This document shows, one piece after another, positions 1-10,394 of a stretch of DNA of 64,000 bases (its first letter is position 1; every line of letters starts with the position of its first letter). Source of the DNA: Terriglobia bacterium (GTDB lineage: Bacteria; Acidobacteriota; UBA6911); the NCBI GenBank assembly GCA_020072565.1, contig JAIQGI010000023.1, positions 33,929-97,928 on the forward strand, given 5' to 3'. Under the pieces are notes generated by a model, which did not search any database, was not told the origin of the DNA, and saw only the letters and a program-made list of their open reading frames with translations. The position numbers were made by a program, and so were the translations under genes.

Positions 1-326
1 CAAAAAACGAGGCTTCCCGCGCGGCGGCCGCGACCTTCCTGTTTCTCGATCGCACAGATCCTTCTCATCATCTTCTCATCCTCCCTTTTGTAGCATGGCG
101 CTGGTTCGAATAGTCCGGTATCCCAGGGGCCGGGCTCGATTGGCTGCAGCAGAAAGCGGTCGCAAGGAGATCAGGGCGAATCCTCACAATCGGAAGGAAC
201 CCGGCTGCGCGCGTGACATCTGGGGGGATTCGTTCCATCACGCACGGCTTCATTCATGCATGATCAACGCGGCCCGTAAGGGTCTGCAATCCGTGCGACA
301 GGCATCTCGGAACGAGGAATTGCCCA

Positions 327-1025
327 ATGTGGTCATTGGTGGCTGGTGTGTTAGGCATCCTGTCGTTGCTCGCGGCTGATCCAGGCTCAGCCGATGAGCA
401 GCTGGTACAAAAGTGGTCCCTATCCAAAGCGGTGGAGGTCCTGAACTCTTCCCCATGGGCGCGGCACGAGACATTCACACGGTTGATCAGCGGCGTGGGG
501 AGTGGAGTTTCAGGGGAAAAGGAGATTTTCGATACCTTCTATGTGAGGTTTCTCTCGGCAAAACCAATCCGAGAAGCGATCGCGCGCATCCAGCAGATTC
601 AATATGGCTACGACAAGCTCAGCGCGGAGGAGAGGCGCCGCTTCGACACGTTGATCGAGCCCGGATTGCAGCTTGACGTCGAGCGCTGGATCGTGGTTGC
701 GGTCAGCTTCCGTTCCAACGATCCGAACGAGGAGAGCGCGGCCAGAAGGTTTTTCCAGAAGGAGACGGCTGAAACTCTAAAGAACAAGGCCTTCCTTTCC
801 ACCGAGCAGTTCCCGCAGATTCCGCTCGCCACATATTTCCTGCCGCGCGAAGAGGGGGTAGGAGCCAAGTTCGTCTTCCCGAGAGCGATCGCCGGCGTGC
901 CGGTCGTATCCAAAGCAGCCCGGAAGATTGTTTTTGAGCTCCTGGAAGTACCCGGCGCCACTCCGCGTCTCCGGGCATCGTTTGCGGTCAAGGACATGTG
1001 GATCAACGGAGAACTCATCATCTAA
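327..1025 (+). CDS. Secreted hypothetical protein with N-terminal signal peptide, immediately upstream of a TonB-dependent receptor
   Basis: 232-aa ORF with hydrophobic N-terminus (MWSLVAGVLGILSLLAADPGSA). No recognisable catalytic motifs. Ends 29 nt before the receptor start. Confidence 0.45.
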   Translation: MWSLVAGVLGILSLLAADPGSADEQLVQKWSLSKAVEVLNSSPWARHETFTRLISGVGSGVSGEKEIFDTFYVRFLSAKPIREAIARIQQIQYGYDKLSAEERRRFDTLIEPGLQLDVERWIVVAVSFRSNDPNEESAARRFFQKETAETLKNKAFLSTEQFPQIPLATYFLPREEGVGAKFVFPRAIAGVPVVSKAARKIVFELLEVPGATPRLRASFAVKDMWINGELII

Positions 1026-1053
1026 TACATGTCTACAGCAGAGGGATTACACA

Positions 1054-3750
1054 ATGGGCTTATGGGCCGAGAAGCTGTGCATGACAATCCTGTTTTCGAC
1101 ACTGACAGCTTGGACCGCAGCGGCCGGGCAGGATCCCGTAAAGAAGCCGGATCAATCATCGGACACCGCCAAGCAAGGGGCCGTAGTCGCACCCGATCCT
1201 TCCCTGGTCAAGGTCGACGAGTTCAAGATCCAACTGGGGGAGGAAGCGGCAGCCTTCCGTCGCAGCCAGTCGGGTTCTATTGCTGAAATCGTGAATCCTT
1301 TTTCGGTGCGAAAACGAGGACGGATTTACGGGTCGCTCTACGAATTTCACAGGAACGATAATTTCGATGCCCGCAATTTTTTCGATCCGGTGGGGCAGAA
1401 TCTTCCTGAGTACAAGCGGAATCAGTTCGGTGGAAGTTTTGGTGTTCTCGCATCCGATCGTTTGACTCTGTTCGGCACTTACGACGGATTGCGCATCAAT
1501 AAGGGATCGACCATCATTTCGCATGTCCCCACTCTGGAAATGAAGAAAGGTGATTTCAGCGCGCTCCCGGAAACGCTCGTCGACCCTTTCACCGGGGATC
1601 CATTCCTCAATAATCAGATTCCCAAAGAGCGGATCCATCCGGTGAGCGCCAAACTGCTGGGTGTCATTCCCGATCCCAACCGCAGCGATCCATCTCGAAA
1701 TTTCGTAAACAGCCTCCCTCAGGTCCAGAACGACGACACGTTCACCGGACGGGTGGATTACGAGTTCAGCGAGAACTCAAAGCTGTTTGCCAGCTACAGC
1801 CTTCGCAACGGCAATGAGATCGAGGTCAACTCGCTCCCGATCTTCGGCGCTACTACGAAGGGGCGAAATCAAAGTATCTCGATTGAATACAACCACGATT
1901 TCAGTGAGAACATGGTGGCGTCACTGGGACTTAAATTCTCCCGCGAAACGGAGCAGCAGCTTTCCGCTCAAGCGGGTCAACATGGCCTCCTGGCATCCTT
2001 AGGCATTACGGGCCTGTCTCCTCTGGACGATCTTGATGAGGGGTATCCGAGCTTCGACATCTCCGGCTACGCGGGGCTTGGCGGCGACACCGACTGGCCC
2101 AATACCGTTTTTCTTAATAATCTCGAGATCAGCCCTGCATTCACCTATGTACGTGGACGCCACAACATGGAATTCGGCGTCGAGATTGGCGCTTACCAGA
2201 TCAACAACACTCGAACCGGAGGCACCCGGCGGGGCAGTTTCGAGTTCACCGGCGATTATACAGGCGATGCATTTGCCGATTTCCTGCTCGGCATTCCCGT
2301 TGTGGCCGAGCGCGGCATCGGCTCTGACCGGGCCGACTTAAGGCGCAGGACCTGGATGCTGTTTGCCCGGAATGACTGGAAAATCAACCGCAAGTTCAGC
2401 CTCTCGCTGTCGCTGGCTTACAACTACTTCCCCTTTTATCGATCCCAGCGCGACAATGTCGCCACGTTTGCACCGCTCCTCTTTGAGCCGCCGCGCAACG
2501 GCACGATCGTCGTCACAGGCAGCACAGAAGCGTCCCGGCTTGGATTGAGCGGGCTCTCGAGCGGGCAGGCGGTTTACAATGACCGTAACGACTGGGCGCC
2601 TGACATCGGTCTGGCATTCAGTCCTCTGGGCAACAACCGGTTGGTGATCCGGAGTTCTTACCAGCTTCATTACGATCCTCTGGAGGAGGACCATGCTCTC
2701 GAATATGTAGGGCGCAATTACCCCTTCTTTTACACCGAGCGAGCGGAGGCCTCCGAAGACAGTCCGGATTTGAATCTCGGCAATCCGTTCCAGACGGCGA
2801 TCCCGACCGAACTCAACATTCGTGCGATCGAGCCGCACATCCGCAACAGTTATATCCAGGAGTGGCACATGTCGATTCAATACGAGTTCCTACGCAACTG
2901 GAATGCCGAGGTCTCGTATGTGGGAGCTAAATCCAGCCGCTCGCCCAGGAACCTGGTTGCCAATGTTCCGCTGCCGGGGCCGGGCACTCTGCAGGATCGT
3001 CGCCCGAATCCTGCTTATGGACGTTTCAGCATCCTCACAGGAAGCGGTTCTTCGTCGGAGAACTCTCTGCAACTCGACCTGATGAAGCGCGTGTCCAACG
3101 GCTTTTCTTTGCAGTCAAGCTACCGCTGGAACCGGGTATTCAGCAACGACGGTGACGAGCCCTCCAACCCGCGCAACCTCCGGGCAGAACGAGCGCCGGA
3201 GGGTCAGGAACACCAGTTTTTTCTGGACTATATTCTTGATCTGCCCCTCGGTCGGGGCCAGGCGTTTCCTCTCGAGTGGACAGGCAGGCTGCGCAGGATA
3301 TTTGAAGGATGGCGGCTCTCCGGCAAAACAACTTTTTCAAGCGGCAGCCGCTTCACCCCACGCCTTTCCGGGGATCCGAACAACGATGGCGTCAGGGGCG
3401 ATCGACCCGACCGGATAGGGTCAGGTCTCCTGGACTCCTCGCTGCGCACGATCGATCACTGGTTCGACACCAGTGCGTTTGTTACCCCGCGGCAGCAATA
3501 TGGCTTCGGCAACAGCGGCCGAAACGTCCTGCTGGCGCCGGGCAGCCGCAACTGGGACATCAGCTTCATCAAGCGGACGAGAATCACCGACAGCGGGAAT
3601 CTCCTGGAGTTCCGCGTGCAGCTGTTTAATGCCTTCAACAATACCAATTTCTCCAAACCAAATTCGACCTTTGGGATTCCCGATTTCGGCAAGATTTTTG
3701 GCGCAGGGCGCGCGCGGGAAATCGAGATCGCCCTGAAATATTCATTCTAG
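1054..3750 (+). CDS. TonB-dependent outer-membrane receptor-like protein (Acidobacteria-type)
   Basis: ORF 928..3750; start placed at ATG 1054 (MGLWAEKLCMTILFSTLTAWTAAAGQ signal peptide), preceded by GAGGGA. C-terminus ends in aromatic residue (..EIALKYSF), typical of OM beta-barrels. Long beta-rich sequence. Confidence 0.7.
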   Translation: MGLWAEKLCMTILFSTLTAWTAAAGQDPVKKPDQSSDTAKQGAVVAPDPSLVKVDEFKIQLGEEAAAFRRSQSGSIAEIVNPFSVRKRGRIYGSLYEFHRNDNFDARNFFDPVGQNLPEYKRNQFGGSFGVLASDRLTLFGTYDGLRINKGSTIISHVPTLEMKKGDFSALPETLVDPFTGDPFLNNQIPKERIHPVSAKLLGVIPDPNRSDPSRNFVNSLPQVQNDDTFTGRVDYEFSENSKLFASYSLRNGNEIEVNSLPIFGATTKGRNQSISIEYNHDFSENMVASLGLKFSRETEQQLSAQAGQHGLLASLGITGLSPLDDLDEGYPSFDISGYAGLGGDTDWPNTVFLNNLEISPAFTYVRGRHNMEFGVEIGAYQINNTRTGGTRRGSFEFTGDYTGDAFADFLLGIPVVAERGIGSDRADLRRRTWMLFARNDWKINRKFSLSLSLAYNYFPFYRSQRDNVATFAPLLFEPPRNGTIVVTGSTEASRLGLSGLSSGQAVYNDRNDWAPDIGLAFSPLGNNRLVIRSSYQLHYDPLEEDHALEYVGRNYPFFYTERAEASEDSPDLNLGNPFQTAIPTELNIRAIEPHIRNSYIQEWHMSIQYEFLRNWNAEVSYVGAKSSRSPRNLVANVPLPGPGTLQDRRPNPAYGRFSILTGSGSSSENSLQLDLMKRVSNGFSLQSSYRWNRVFSNDGDEPSNPRNLRAERAPEGQEHQFFLDYILDLPLGRGQAFPLEWTGRLRRIFEGWRLSGKTTFSSGSRFTPRLSGDPNNDGVRGDRPDRIGSGLLDSSLRTIDHWFDTSAFVTPRQQYGFGNSGRNVLLAPGSRNWDISFIKRTRITDSGNLLEFRVQLFNAFNNTNFSKPNSTFGIPDFGKIFGAGRAREIEIALKYSF

Positions 3751-3774
3751 CTTTATCAGCAAAGGAGGCTTGGC

Positions 3775-4494
3775 ATGGTGCGAGTACGTTGCCTTTGGTT
3801 GGGTGGAGCAGTGCTCATGGCTTGGTCTCTCGGGTTGGCCGCTCAGGGGACGAAGAACGCGGGAAAACCGCAATCCGGCAAGCAGGCGTGGCGCGAATCT
3901 TTCACGGTAAACAAAGCCAACCTGGTGGACACGGGCAGGAATATCTACTTCATTCTGGAACCGGGCTACCGCCTCACGTTTGAGCATGGGAAAGATACTC
4001 TGACGGTCACGGTTCTCGACGAAACGAAAATCGTCGACGGCGTCAAGACACGCGTTGTCGAAGAACGGGAGACTTCTGGCGAGCAGTTGGCCGAGGTGTC
4101 GAAGAATTACTTCGCGATCGACAAGACCACCAATGACCTCTACTATTTCGGCGAGGACGTCGACGAATACAAGGATGGTAAGATAGTAGGGCATGAAGGC
4201 GCCTGGCTGGCCGGCGTGAACGGCGCCAGATTCGGCCTGATGATGCCGGCCCATCCCAAGGTCGGTGACAGATACTACCAGGAACAGGCGCCCAAGGTAG
4301 CCATGGACCGGGCGGAGATCCTGAGCGTGACGGAGACCGCCAAAGTGCCCGCGGGAACATTCACAAATGCCCTGCACACTCGTGAGTCGAGCGCGCTCGA
4401 GGGCGGTAGTGAAGATAAATGGTATGCCCCCGATATAGGGCTGATCAAGGATGCCGACTTCGTACTTGCGAAGGTGGAGAAGGCCAAGAAATAG
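3775..4494 (+). CDS. Secreted hypothetical protein
   Basis: 239-aa ORF with signal peptide (MVRVRCLWLGGAVLMAWSLGLAAQG). No family recognised. Lies between the receptor and the two-component system. Confidence 0.5.
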   Translation: MVRVRCLWLGGAVLMAWSLGLAAQGTKNAGKPQSGKQAWRESFTVNKANLVDTGRNIYFILEPGYRLTFEHGKDTLTVTVLDETKIVDGVKTRVVEERETSGEQLAEVSKNYFAIDKTTNDLYYFGEDVDEYKDGKIVGHEGAWLAGVNGARFGLMMPAHPKVGDRYYQEQAPKVAMDRAEILSVTETAKVPAGTFTNALHTRESSALEGGSEDKWYAPDIGLIKDADFVLAKVEKAKK

Positions 4495-4573
4495 CCGGGC
4501 AAAGGGGGCCCGAACTGTATGGGCTCCCTGATACAATGCCTGGCTCCGGAGCCAGCAGGACGCTGGTGCAGAC

Positions 4574-5248
4574 ATGCGTGTGCTTCTCGTCGAGGACTAT
4601 CTGCCCATCCAAAAAGCTGTCGCCAAGGGTCTGCGTGAGGCCGGCTTCGCCGTCGACGTCACCGGCGACGGCAAAGAAGGCCTCTGGTTTGCCACCAGCA
4701 ACGACTATGACGTAATCATCCTCGACTTGATGCTGCCCGAAGTGGATGGATTGACCATTCTGAAGCGCCTCAGGTCCGCGGGTCGTGCCGCCCATGTGCT
4801 TATCCTCACGGCGAAAGACACGGTGCCGGATCGGGTCAAGGGGCTTGATCTTGGGGCCGACGATTATCTGCCGAAACCCTTTGCTTTTGAGGAACTGCTG
4901 GCGCGTGTGCGCGCGCTGGCCCGCCGCGCGTACTGCGCAAAGAATCCGTGCCTCAGCGTCAGTGATTTGCGCATCGAGACCACGTTGCAGCGAGTCTGGC
5001 GCGGCCAGGAGGAGGTGAGCCTGACACCCCGCGAATATGCGCTCCTCGAATACCTGGCGATGCGTGCCGGCCAGGTCGTCAGCCGGACTGAGATCTGGGA
5101 TCACGTTTATGAGTTCAATTCCGAAGCCGACTCCAACGTCGTGGACGTGTACATCGGGTATCTTCGGAAAAAGATCGAGCGCCCCGGCAAGCCCGTCTTG
5201 ATCCGCACGCTCCGGGGCCGGGGCTACTCATTGGGAGTTGCGCAATGA
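4574..5248 (+). CDS. OmpR-family two-component response regulator
   Basis: Receiver motifs (MRVLLVEDYLPI.., ILDLMLPEVDGL, KP) and a winged-helix C-terminus (TPREYALLEYL.., RTLRGRGY). Confidence 0.9.
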   Translation: MRVLLVEDYLPIQKAVAKGLREAGFAVDVTGDGKEGLWFATSNDYDVIILDLMLPEVDGLTILKRLRSAGRAAHVLILTAKDTVPDRVKGLDLGADDYLPKPFAFEELLARVRALARRAYCAKNPCLSVSDLRIETTLQRVWRGQEEVSLTPREYALLEYLAMRAGQVVSRTEIWDHVYEFNSEADSNVVDVYIGYLRKKIERPGKPVLIRTLRGRGYSLGVAQ

Positions 5249-6654
5249 TGCGGTCCATCCGAGTACGCCTGCTTGTCTGGACGGTCTGCGGTATGGCGAT
5301 CCTTCTGGCGGTTTTCGCCGTCGCCGTGTACGAAGTCATCTGCCGGTCGCTGCTGGCGGGTTACGACGAAGTCCTGATCTCCACGGCACGAACGATCCGC
5401 GGTTTCGTTGAGCAGAACAAGGCGGAGATCAAGGTCGAGATCGATGAGCACCAGGTGCCCGAATTCAATCGATCCTACCGGCCCGACTACTTCCAGTTGT
5501 GGCGCGAAGACGGGAGAACTCTGGCCCGTTCACAGTCGATCACAGCCGCGGAGCTGGCGCGCATCGAGGGCCCTTTGGATACGCCTGTTTTCCAGCCCAT
5601 TCGTCTGCCGGATGGCCGCACCGGGCGCGCAGTCGGCTTCTCTTTTGTGCCTAAAGTCGACGAGGACACACACGAACCCATACCGCCTCGCAAGGTCACC
5701 CTGGTCGTGGCGCGGGAGACCACTGCACTGGATGCCGAAATCCGATATTTGCGCTGGCTGCTGGCGACGGCAACCGGCGGGACGATTATCCTCGCGCTTG
5801 TTGTCGGTGCTGTCGTCGTTCGTCAGGGGTTGAGGCCACTTGATGCCTTGGCTTCCCAAATTGCTGCGATCCAGTATGACGACCTCTCTGCGCAGGTTCC
5901 CGTGGATGGCATACCGGCGGAAATGGCCGCAGTGGTCAAGCGGCTTAACGACCTGCTACGGCGTCTTGAGGAGGCATTTCGCCGCGAGCGAGCTTTCTCG
6001 GCGGATGTCGCGCACGAATTGCGCACGCCGCTCGCCGGCATGCGCTGCACTCTGGAGGTGGCCCTCACGCGGCCGCGCGCGGGTATCGACTACCGGCAGG
6101 CAATCGAGGAATGTCTCGATATTATCCGCCGCACGCAGAAGATGGTCGACAACCTGCTGGCGCTCGCGCGCCTGGAGGATGGAAAAACGATGCTCCATCC
6201 GGAATCCGTTCGCCTGGCAGAGCTCATCGAGCATGCCTGGCGGCCGCTTTGTGATGGAGTCAGGGCACGCGGCATCACAATCGAGAGTCGTGTCCCCGAC
6301 CACCTGGCATGCATGGCGGACCGCGAAAGCCTCCGGATGATTCTTACCAGCCTGTTTGAGAACGCTGCGGAGTACGCGAACGACGGCGGCCACATCGAAG
6401 TCGCGGGCGCTCAGGCCGGGGATTCGGCTGAAGTCTCGATCGCCAACACGGGCTGCCGCCTGTCCGAGGAGGACACGCGACATGTCTTCGATCGGTTCTG
6501 GCGCAGCGACGCAGCGCGCACCAATACGGGCATCCACTGCGGACTCGGTCTGGCATTGGTGCAACGAGCTACTACTTCATTGCGCGGCACGGTTTCGGCC
6601 AGTGCAGCCAATGGTACGTTCACCGTTCGCCTCAAGTTTCCGGCAGCAGCATAG
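5245..6654 (+). CDS. Sensor histidine kinase (periplasmic sensor, HAMP, HisKA, HATPase_c)
   Basis: ATGA overlap with the response-regulator stop. N-terminal transmembrane segment, second transmembrane segment, H-box FSADVAHELRTPL, and G-boxes near the C-terminus. Confidence 0.9.
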   Translation: MMRSIRVRLLVWTVCGMAILLAVFAVAVYEVICRSLLAGYDEVLISTARTIRGFVEQNKAEIKVEIDEHQVPEFNRSYRPDYFQLWREDGRTLARSQSITAAELARIEGPLDTPVFQPIRLPDGRTGRAVGFSFVPKVDEDTHEPIPPRKVTLVVARETTALDAEIRYLRWLLATATGGTIILALVVGAVVVRQGLRPLDALASQIAAIQYDDLSAQVPVDGIPAEMAAVVKRLNDLLRRLEEAFRRERAFSADVAHELRTPLAGMRCTLEVALTRPRAGIDYRQAIEECLDIIRRTQKMVDNLLALARLEDGKTMLHPESVRLAELIEHAWRPLCDGVRARGITIESRVPDHLACMADRESLRMILTSLFENAAEYANDGGHIEVAGAQAGDSAEVSIANTGCRLSEEDTRHVFDRFWRSDAARTNTGIHCGLGLALVQRATTSLRGTVSASAANGTFTVRLKFPAAA

Positions 6655-6804
6655 ACCAAGGCCGATGCGGAGCTGCGCTCCTGGCCTTAAATGTCACCAC
6701 AACACAGAGCCCGCAAAAACCGAGCATGTGATTTCTCCGCGCCCACCCCAAAACAAAGAGGCAAATCTCAATATTTCTGACACAATTCACCGCGTTGAGA
6801 TGTT

Positions 6805-7833
6805 TCAGCAGAGCGGGAGGTCCGCATAGGCGTTGAGGTTCAAGTCGGCTGAGGCGCCCTTGCGCAGCTTCGGCGTGCCCGCTGCGGCGATCATTGCGGC
6901 GTTGTCGGTTGTAAGAATCGGGCTCGGGTAGTAGACGCGGCAGCCCTCCCCTGGCTCGTCGAAAGCTTCGGTGAAGATCCGACGCAGCAGGCTGTTGCAG
7001 GCCACGCCGCCAACCAGCAGGATGGACTGCGGGCTGTGCCGCCGCGCCGCCTTGCGTGTCTGTGCCACGAGAGTATCGATAATTGCCTGCTGATAGCTAG
7101 CAACCAGATCCAGCACTTTCTGCGGCACCTTTTTGGGGGACCGGCAAGGCCGGATGCCGGCCTGCTCGATGTGCCGCAGCGCCGCAGTCTTGAAGCCGCT
7201 GAAGCTGAAATCCAGGCTGCCGTCGCTGATTTTGGGGATGGAGAAATGAAAGCCATGCGTATCGCCCGACCGAGCCAGGCGATCGATGATGGGGCCGCCG
7301 GGGTAGCCCAGCCCCAGAAACTTCGCAAGCTTGTCAAGCGCCTCCCCCGCCGCATCGTCGCGAGTACGCGCGATGCGTTGGTAGCGGTCCGGCTCCGGTG
7401 AAAGAATCAGCGAGGTGTGGCCGCCGGAGACCACCAGCGCCAGCAGGGGATAAGAGATCTCGGGATGTTCGATGAATGCCGAATAGATGTGGCCTTCGAG
7501 ATGATTTATGGGCACCAGAGGCTTTTTCAGAGTAAAGGCCATGGCCTTGGCAAAAGACAGTCCCACGAGAAGCGACCCAATCAGCCCCGGCCCCTGGGTG
7601 ACCGCGATGCCGTCAATCCGGCCGTAGCTCATGCCGGCGTCGGCGAATGCCTGGCGCACCACGAAGCCGATGTTGCGCAAGTGCTCGCGGCTGGCCAGTT
7701 CCGGCACCACGCCGCCGAAGCTGCGGTGAGTTTCGATTTGCGAGGCTACCACGTTGGCATGGACGACACGCCCGTCCTCAACCAGGGCGGCGGCAGTTTC
7801 ATCGCACGACGACTCAATGCCCAAAACCAGCAT
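6805..7833 (-). CDS. tsaD: tRNA N6-adenosine threonylcarbamoyltransferase TsaD
   Basis: MLVLGIESSCDETAAALV..GHIYS..; Kae1/YgjD family signature. Confidence 0.9.
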   Translation of the reverse strand: MLVLGIESSCDETAAALVEDGRVVHANVVASQIETHRSFGGVVPELASREHLRNIGFVVRQAFADAGMSYGRIDGIAVTQGPGLIGSLLVGLSFAKAMAFTLKKPLVPINHLEGHIYSAFIEHPEISYPLLALVVSGGHTSLILSPEPDRYQRIARTRDDAAGEALDKLAKFLGLGYPGGPIIDRLARSGDTHGFHFSIPKISDGSLDFSFSGFKTAALRHIEQAGIRPCRSPKKVPQKVLDLVASYQQAIIDTLVAQTRKAARRHSPQSILLVGGVACNSLLRRIFTEAFDEPGEGCRVYYPSPILTTDNAAMIAAAGTPKLRKGASADLNLNAYADLPLC

Positions 7834-7946
7834 GTTACGATCTCCAACCAGAGGATCATGAGCTTTTCGTGTGCGCGGGAGCGCCCCCGGTGCACAGGGG
7901 ACTGTTAAGTCCGGCGGGCAGAGCTTCGTTGTTCATTCGTCCCTCG

Positions 7947-8984
7947 TCATTTAGAAACGAGCGCGCGCAGGCTCTCGATATAGGGAGGCCGAGCCACGCC
8001 AAGCTCTGTAATGATGGCGGCTACGTAACGGTACGGGGTCACATCAAACGCCGGATTGGCGACTTCCGTGTGGGCGGGAACAATGGTGATACCCTGGAGC
8101 TGTCGCACCTCTTCCGGATCGCGTTCTTCGATCGGGATATGGCTCCCGTCCGGAATCGTCAGATCGAATGTAGATGTCGGCGCAGCCACAAAAAAAGGCA
8201 CGCCGTTCTCCTTGGCGAGCACGGCTACCGCATAAGTGCCGATCTTATTGGCCACATCACCATTGGCTGCGATGCGGTCGGCACCCACGATGACGCAATC
8301 AATGCGGCCCAGCCGCATGAAATGGCCTGCCATACCGTCCGTTATGACCGTGACCGGAATGTTGTCCTCCTGCAGCTCCCATGCAGTCAGGCGGGCCCCC
8401 TGCAGAAACGGACGGGTCTCGTCAGCGAAGACCTGGATGTGTTTGCCGGCCTCGACTGCGGCACGGAGGACCCCCAGCGCCGTGCCGTAGCCGGCTGTTG
8501 CCAGCGCACCGGCGTTGCAGTGAGTCAAAACCCTGGCGCCGTCGGCGATCAGGGACTGGCCCATTCGTCCCATCGCGCGATTGGCGCGGATGTCCTCGTC
8601 GTGGATGGCCTGGGCCTCATGCACGAGAGCCGCGCGCACCGCCTCAATCCCACCCGCCCGCACGCGTCGATAGACACCCTTCATCCGCTCGACCGCCCAG
8701 CACAGGTTGATGGCCGTGGGACGCGCCCCCGCAATCACGCCGCAGATCCTCTCGAATTCCGTGTCCAACTCTTCCAGGGTGCTTGCGGTCGCTTTCTTCG
8801 CCCCGATCGCCACACCCATGGCAGCGGCAACGCCGATCGCGGGTGCACCGCGGACCACCATCGCACGGATCGCTTCGGCGACTTCCTGGAAGCCGGTGCA
8901 GGTTTGATAGACCTCCTGCAAAGGGAGCAGGCGCTGGTCGAGCATCACCACCCCGGTTTCTTTCCATTCAATGGTCCGTATCAT
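7947..8984 (-). CDS. mtnA: S-methyl-5-thioribose-1-phosphate isomerase (eIF-2B alpha/beta/delta family)
   Basis: [21 protein letters not shown].. N-terminus and conserved family blocks along the length. Confidence 0.85.
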   Translation of the reverse strand: MIRTIEWKETGVVMLDQRLLPLQEVYQTCTGFQEVAEAIRAMVVRGAPAIGVAAAMGVAIGAKKATASTLEELDTEFERICGVIAGARPTAINLCWAVERMKGVYRRVRAGGIEAVRAALVHEAQAIHDEDIRANRAMGRMGQSLIADGARVLTHCNAGALATAGYGTALGVLRAAVEAGKHIQVFADETRPFLQGARLTAWELQEDNIPVTVITDGMAGHFMRLGRIDCVIVGADRIAANGDVANKIGTYAVAVLAKENGVPFFVAAPTSTFDLTIPDGSHIPIEERDPEEVRQLQGITIVPAHTEVANPAFDVTPYRYVAAIITELGVARPPYIESLRALVSK

Positions 8985-9204
8985 GCCGAACAGTCTAGCC
9001 TACCAGAGAACGTTTTTGAAGGAAGGTCCGCTCAATTTGACCATAGGCGATTGACGACTGGAAACCGGGCAGCAAATGCAAAGAGAGATATTCACTGTGC
9101 TGGAGGACCACTCCACCCTCACTCGATTGTCCTTTTTCATTGGTCAATCTTCAATCGTCATTCAGATTGACTTTGTCTGAACCATAGTGATATTGATTGT
9201 CGGG

Positions 9205-9415
9205 TAACGTCGTTCTTTCCAAATCGGATTGAGGTGCCCCGGACCGGGGGTAAAAGGGAAGTGGGTGTGAGTCCCACACGGTCCCGCCACTGTATTCGGA
9301 GAGCCGGCTTCTTCGGCCTGCAGCAGCATTCAGAGTAGTCCGCCACTCGTTGATCCAGACGGGGAAGGTGAGAAGCCCGGCGACGACCCGAGAGTCAGGA
9401 AACCTGCCTCATCCC
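9205..9415 (+). ncRNA. Cobalamin (AdoCbl) riboswitch in the 5' leader of the btuF-like operon
   Basis: Conserved elements are present: GGTGCC.., AAAAGGGAAGTGGGTG.GAGTCC, B12 box ..ACGGTCCCGCCACTGT.., and a 3' AGTCAGGAAACCTGCC. The ATG of the periplasmic binding protein is 40 nt downstream. Confidence 0.85.
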
Positions 9416-9452
9416 CTTTTTCAGCCAACTCTTCGCGAGAAAGAGACCTGAA

Positions 9453-10394
9453 ATGCCTCGCATACTTCACGGTTCTTCCCTCTTAGCACGCTGCGCCGGC
9501 TTTGCTTTGTTCGCCCTGCTGGCCTGCTGTTCGCGAACCTTGCCTGACAGTAACCACCGGAGCGCCGGTGTCCCGACTGCGACCGTAGAATACACCGACG
9601 GCATCGGCAGGCCCATCGTACTGCCTCGGCATCCGCAGCGGGTTATCTCCCTGGCGCCGAGCGTGACTGAGGTTTTATATCTTCTCGGAGCCGACGACCG
9701 GCTGATCGGAGTCACCACGCACTGCGACTGGCCTGAAGACGCTAAAGGCAAGCCGAAGATCGGAACCCTCCTCAATCCCAACTTCGAGACCATTCTCGCC
9801 GCACGCCCCGACCTCATCATCGCGTCGACCGCGGGGAACGATCAGGCAGCCGTGTACAAACTCGCGGGGTTTGGGCTCCCCGTATTTGTAACCGCGCCAC
9901 GATCCGTCGATGGGATTTTTGAGACCACGCTCGCAATCGGCCGGATTACGGACCGCGGCGCGCAGGGCGAGCAACTCGTGGCCCGGATGAAAGGCCGTCT
10001 GCAGGAGGTCAAGCGCCGCCTCGCCGGGCTCCCGCCCACGCGCGCCTTCTTCATCACCTGGTTCGATCCCCTGCTGGCGCCGGGCCGCAAGACGTTCGAA
10101 AACGACGTGCTGGGGCTGGCGGACGTGGTCTCCATCTCCGCTGCAAGCGAGGAATTCTATCCGCGCTACAGCCTCGAGCAGGTACTGGCACAGAATCCCG
10201 ATGTCATTCTGACGGTCTATCACGAGGGCAAACCTATACCCGATCTCAGGAATATCGCGGGCTGGCGTTCCTTGAGGGCGGTGCAGCGGGGCCGGATTTA
10301 CGTCTTGAGCGAAGTCCTGCAACATCCCTCGCCGCGGTTTGTTGACGGCGTCGAGGAACTGGCGCGCAAACTTCATCCGGAGCGTTTCCAATGA
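9453..10394 (+). CDS. ABC transporter periplasmic substrate-binding protein, BtuF/FecB (TroA-like) family
   Basis: Signal peptide/lipobox-like N-terminus (..LFALLACCSRT). Sequence typical of cobalamin/siderophore binding proteins. Downstream of the B12 riboswitch. Confidence 0.8.
   Translation: MPRILHGSSLLARCAGFALFALLACCSRTLPDSNHRSAGVPTATVEYTDGIGRPIVLPRHPQRVISLAPSVTEVLYLLGADDRLIGVTTHCDWPEDAKGKPKIGTLLNPNFETILAARPDLIIASTAGNDQAAVYKLAGFGLPVFVTAPRSVDGIFETTLAIGRITDRGAQGEQLVARMKGRLQEVKRRLAGLPPTRAFFITWFDPLLAPGRKTFENDVLGLADVVSISAASEEFYPRYSLEQVLAQNPDVILTVYHEGKPIPDLRNIAGWRSLRAVQRGRIYVLSEVLQHPSPRFVDGVEELARKLHPERFQ

Noticed and set aside
327-1025. GWxTD-domain protein call for the ORF upstream of the first receptor
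   Set aside because: The diagnostic G-W-x-T-D motif is not present, so only a generic secreted hypothetical call is supported.
7647-9170. 507-aa plus-strand ORF overlapping mtnA
   Set aside because: Antisense to mtnA, which has a clear family signature. Arg/His/Gly-rich junk translation. It also runs through the riboswitch leader.
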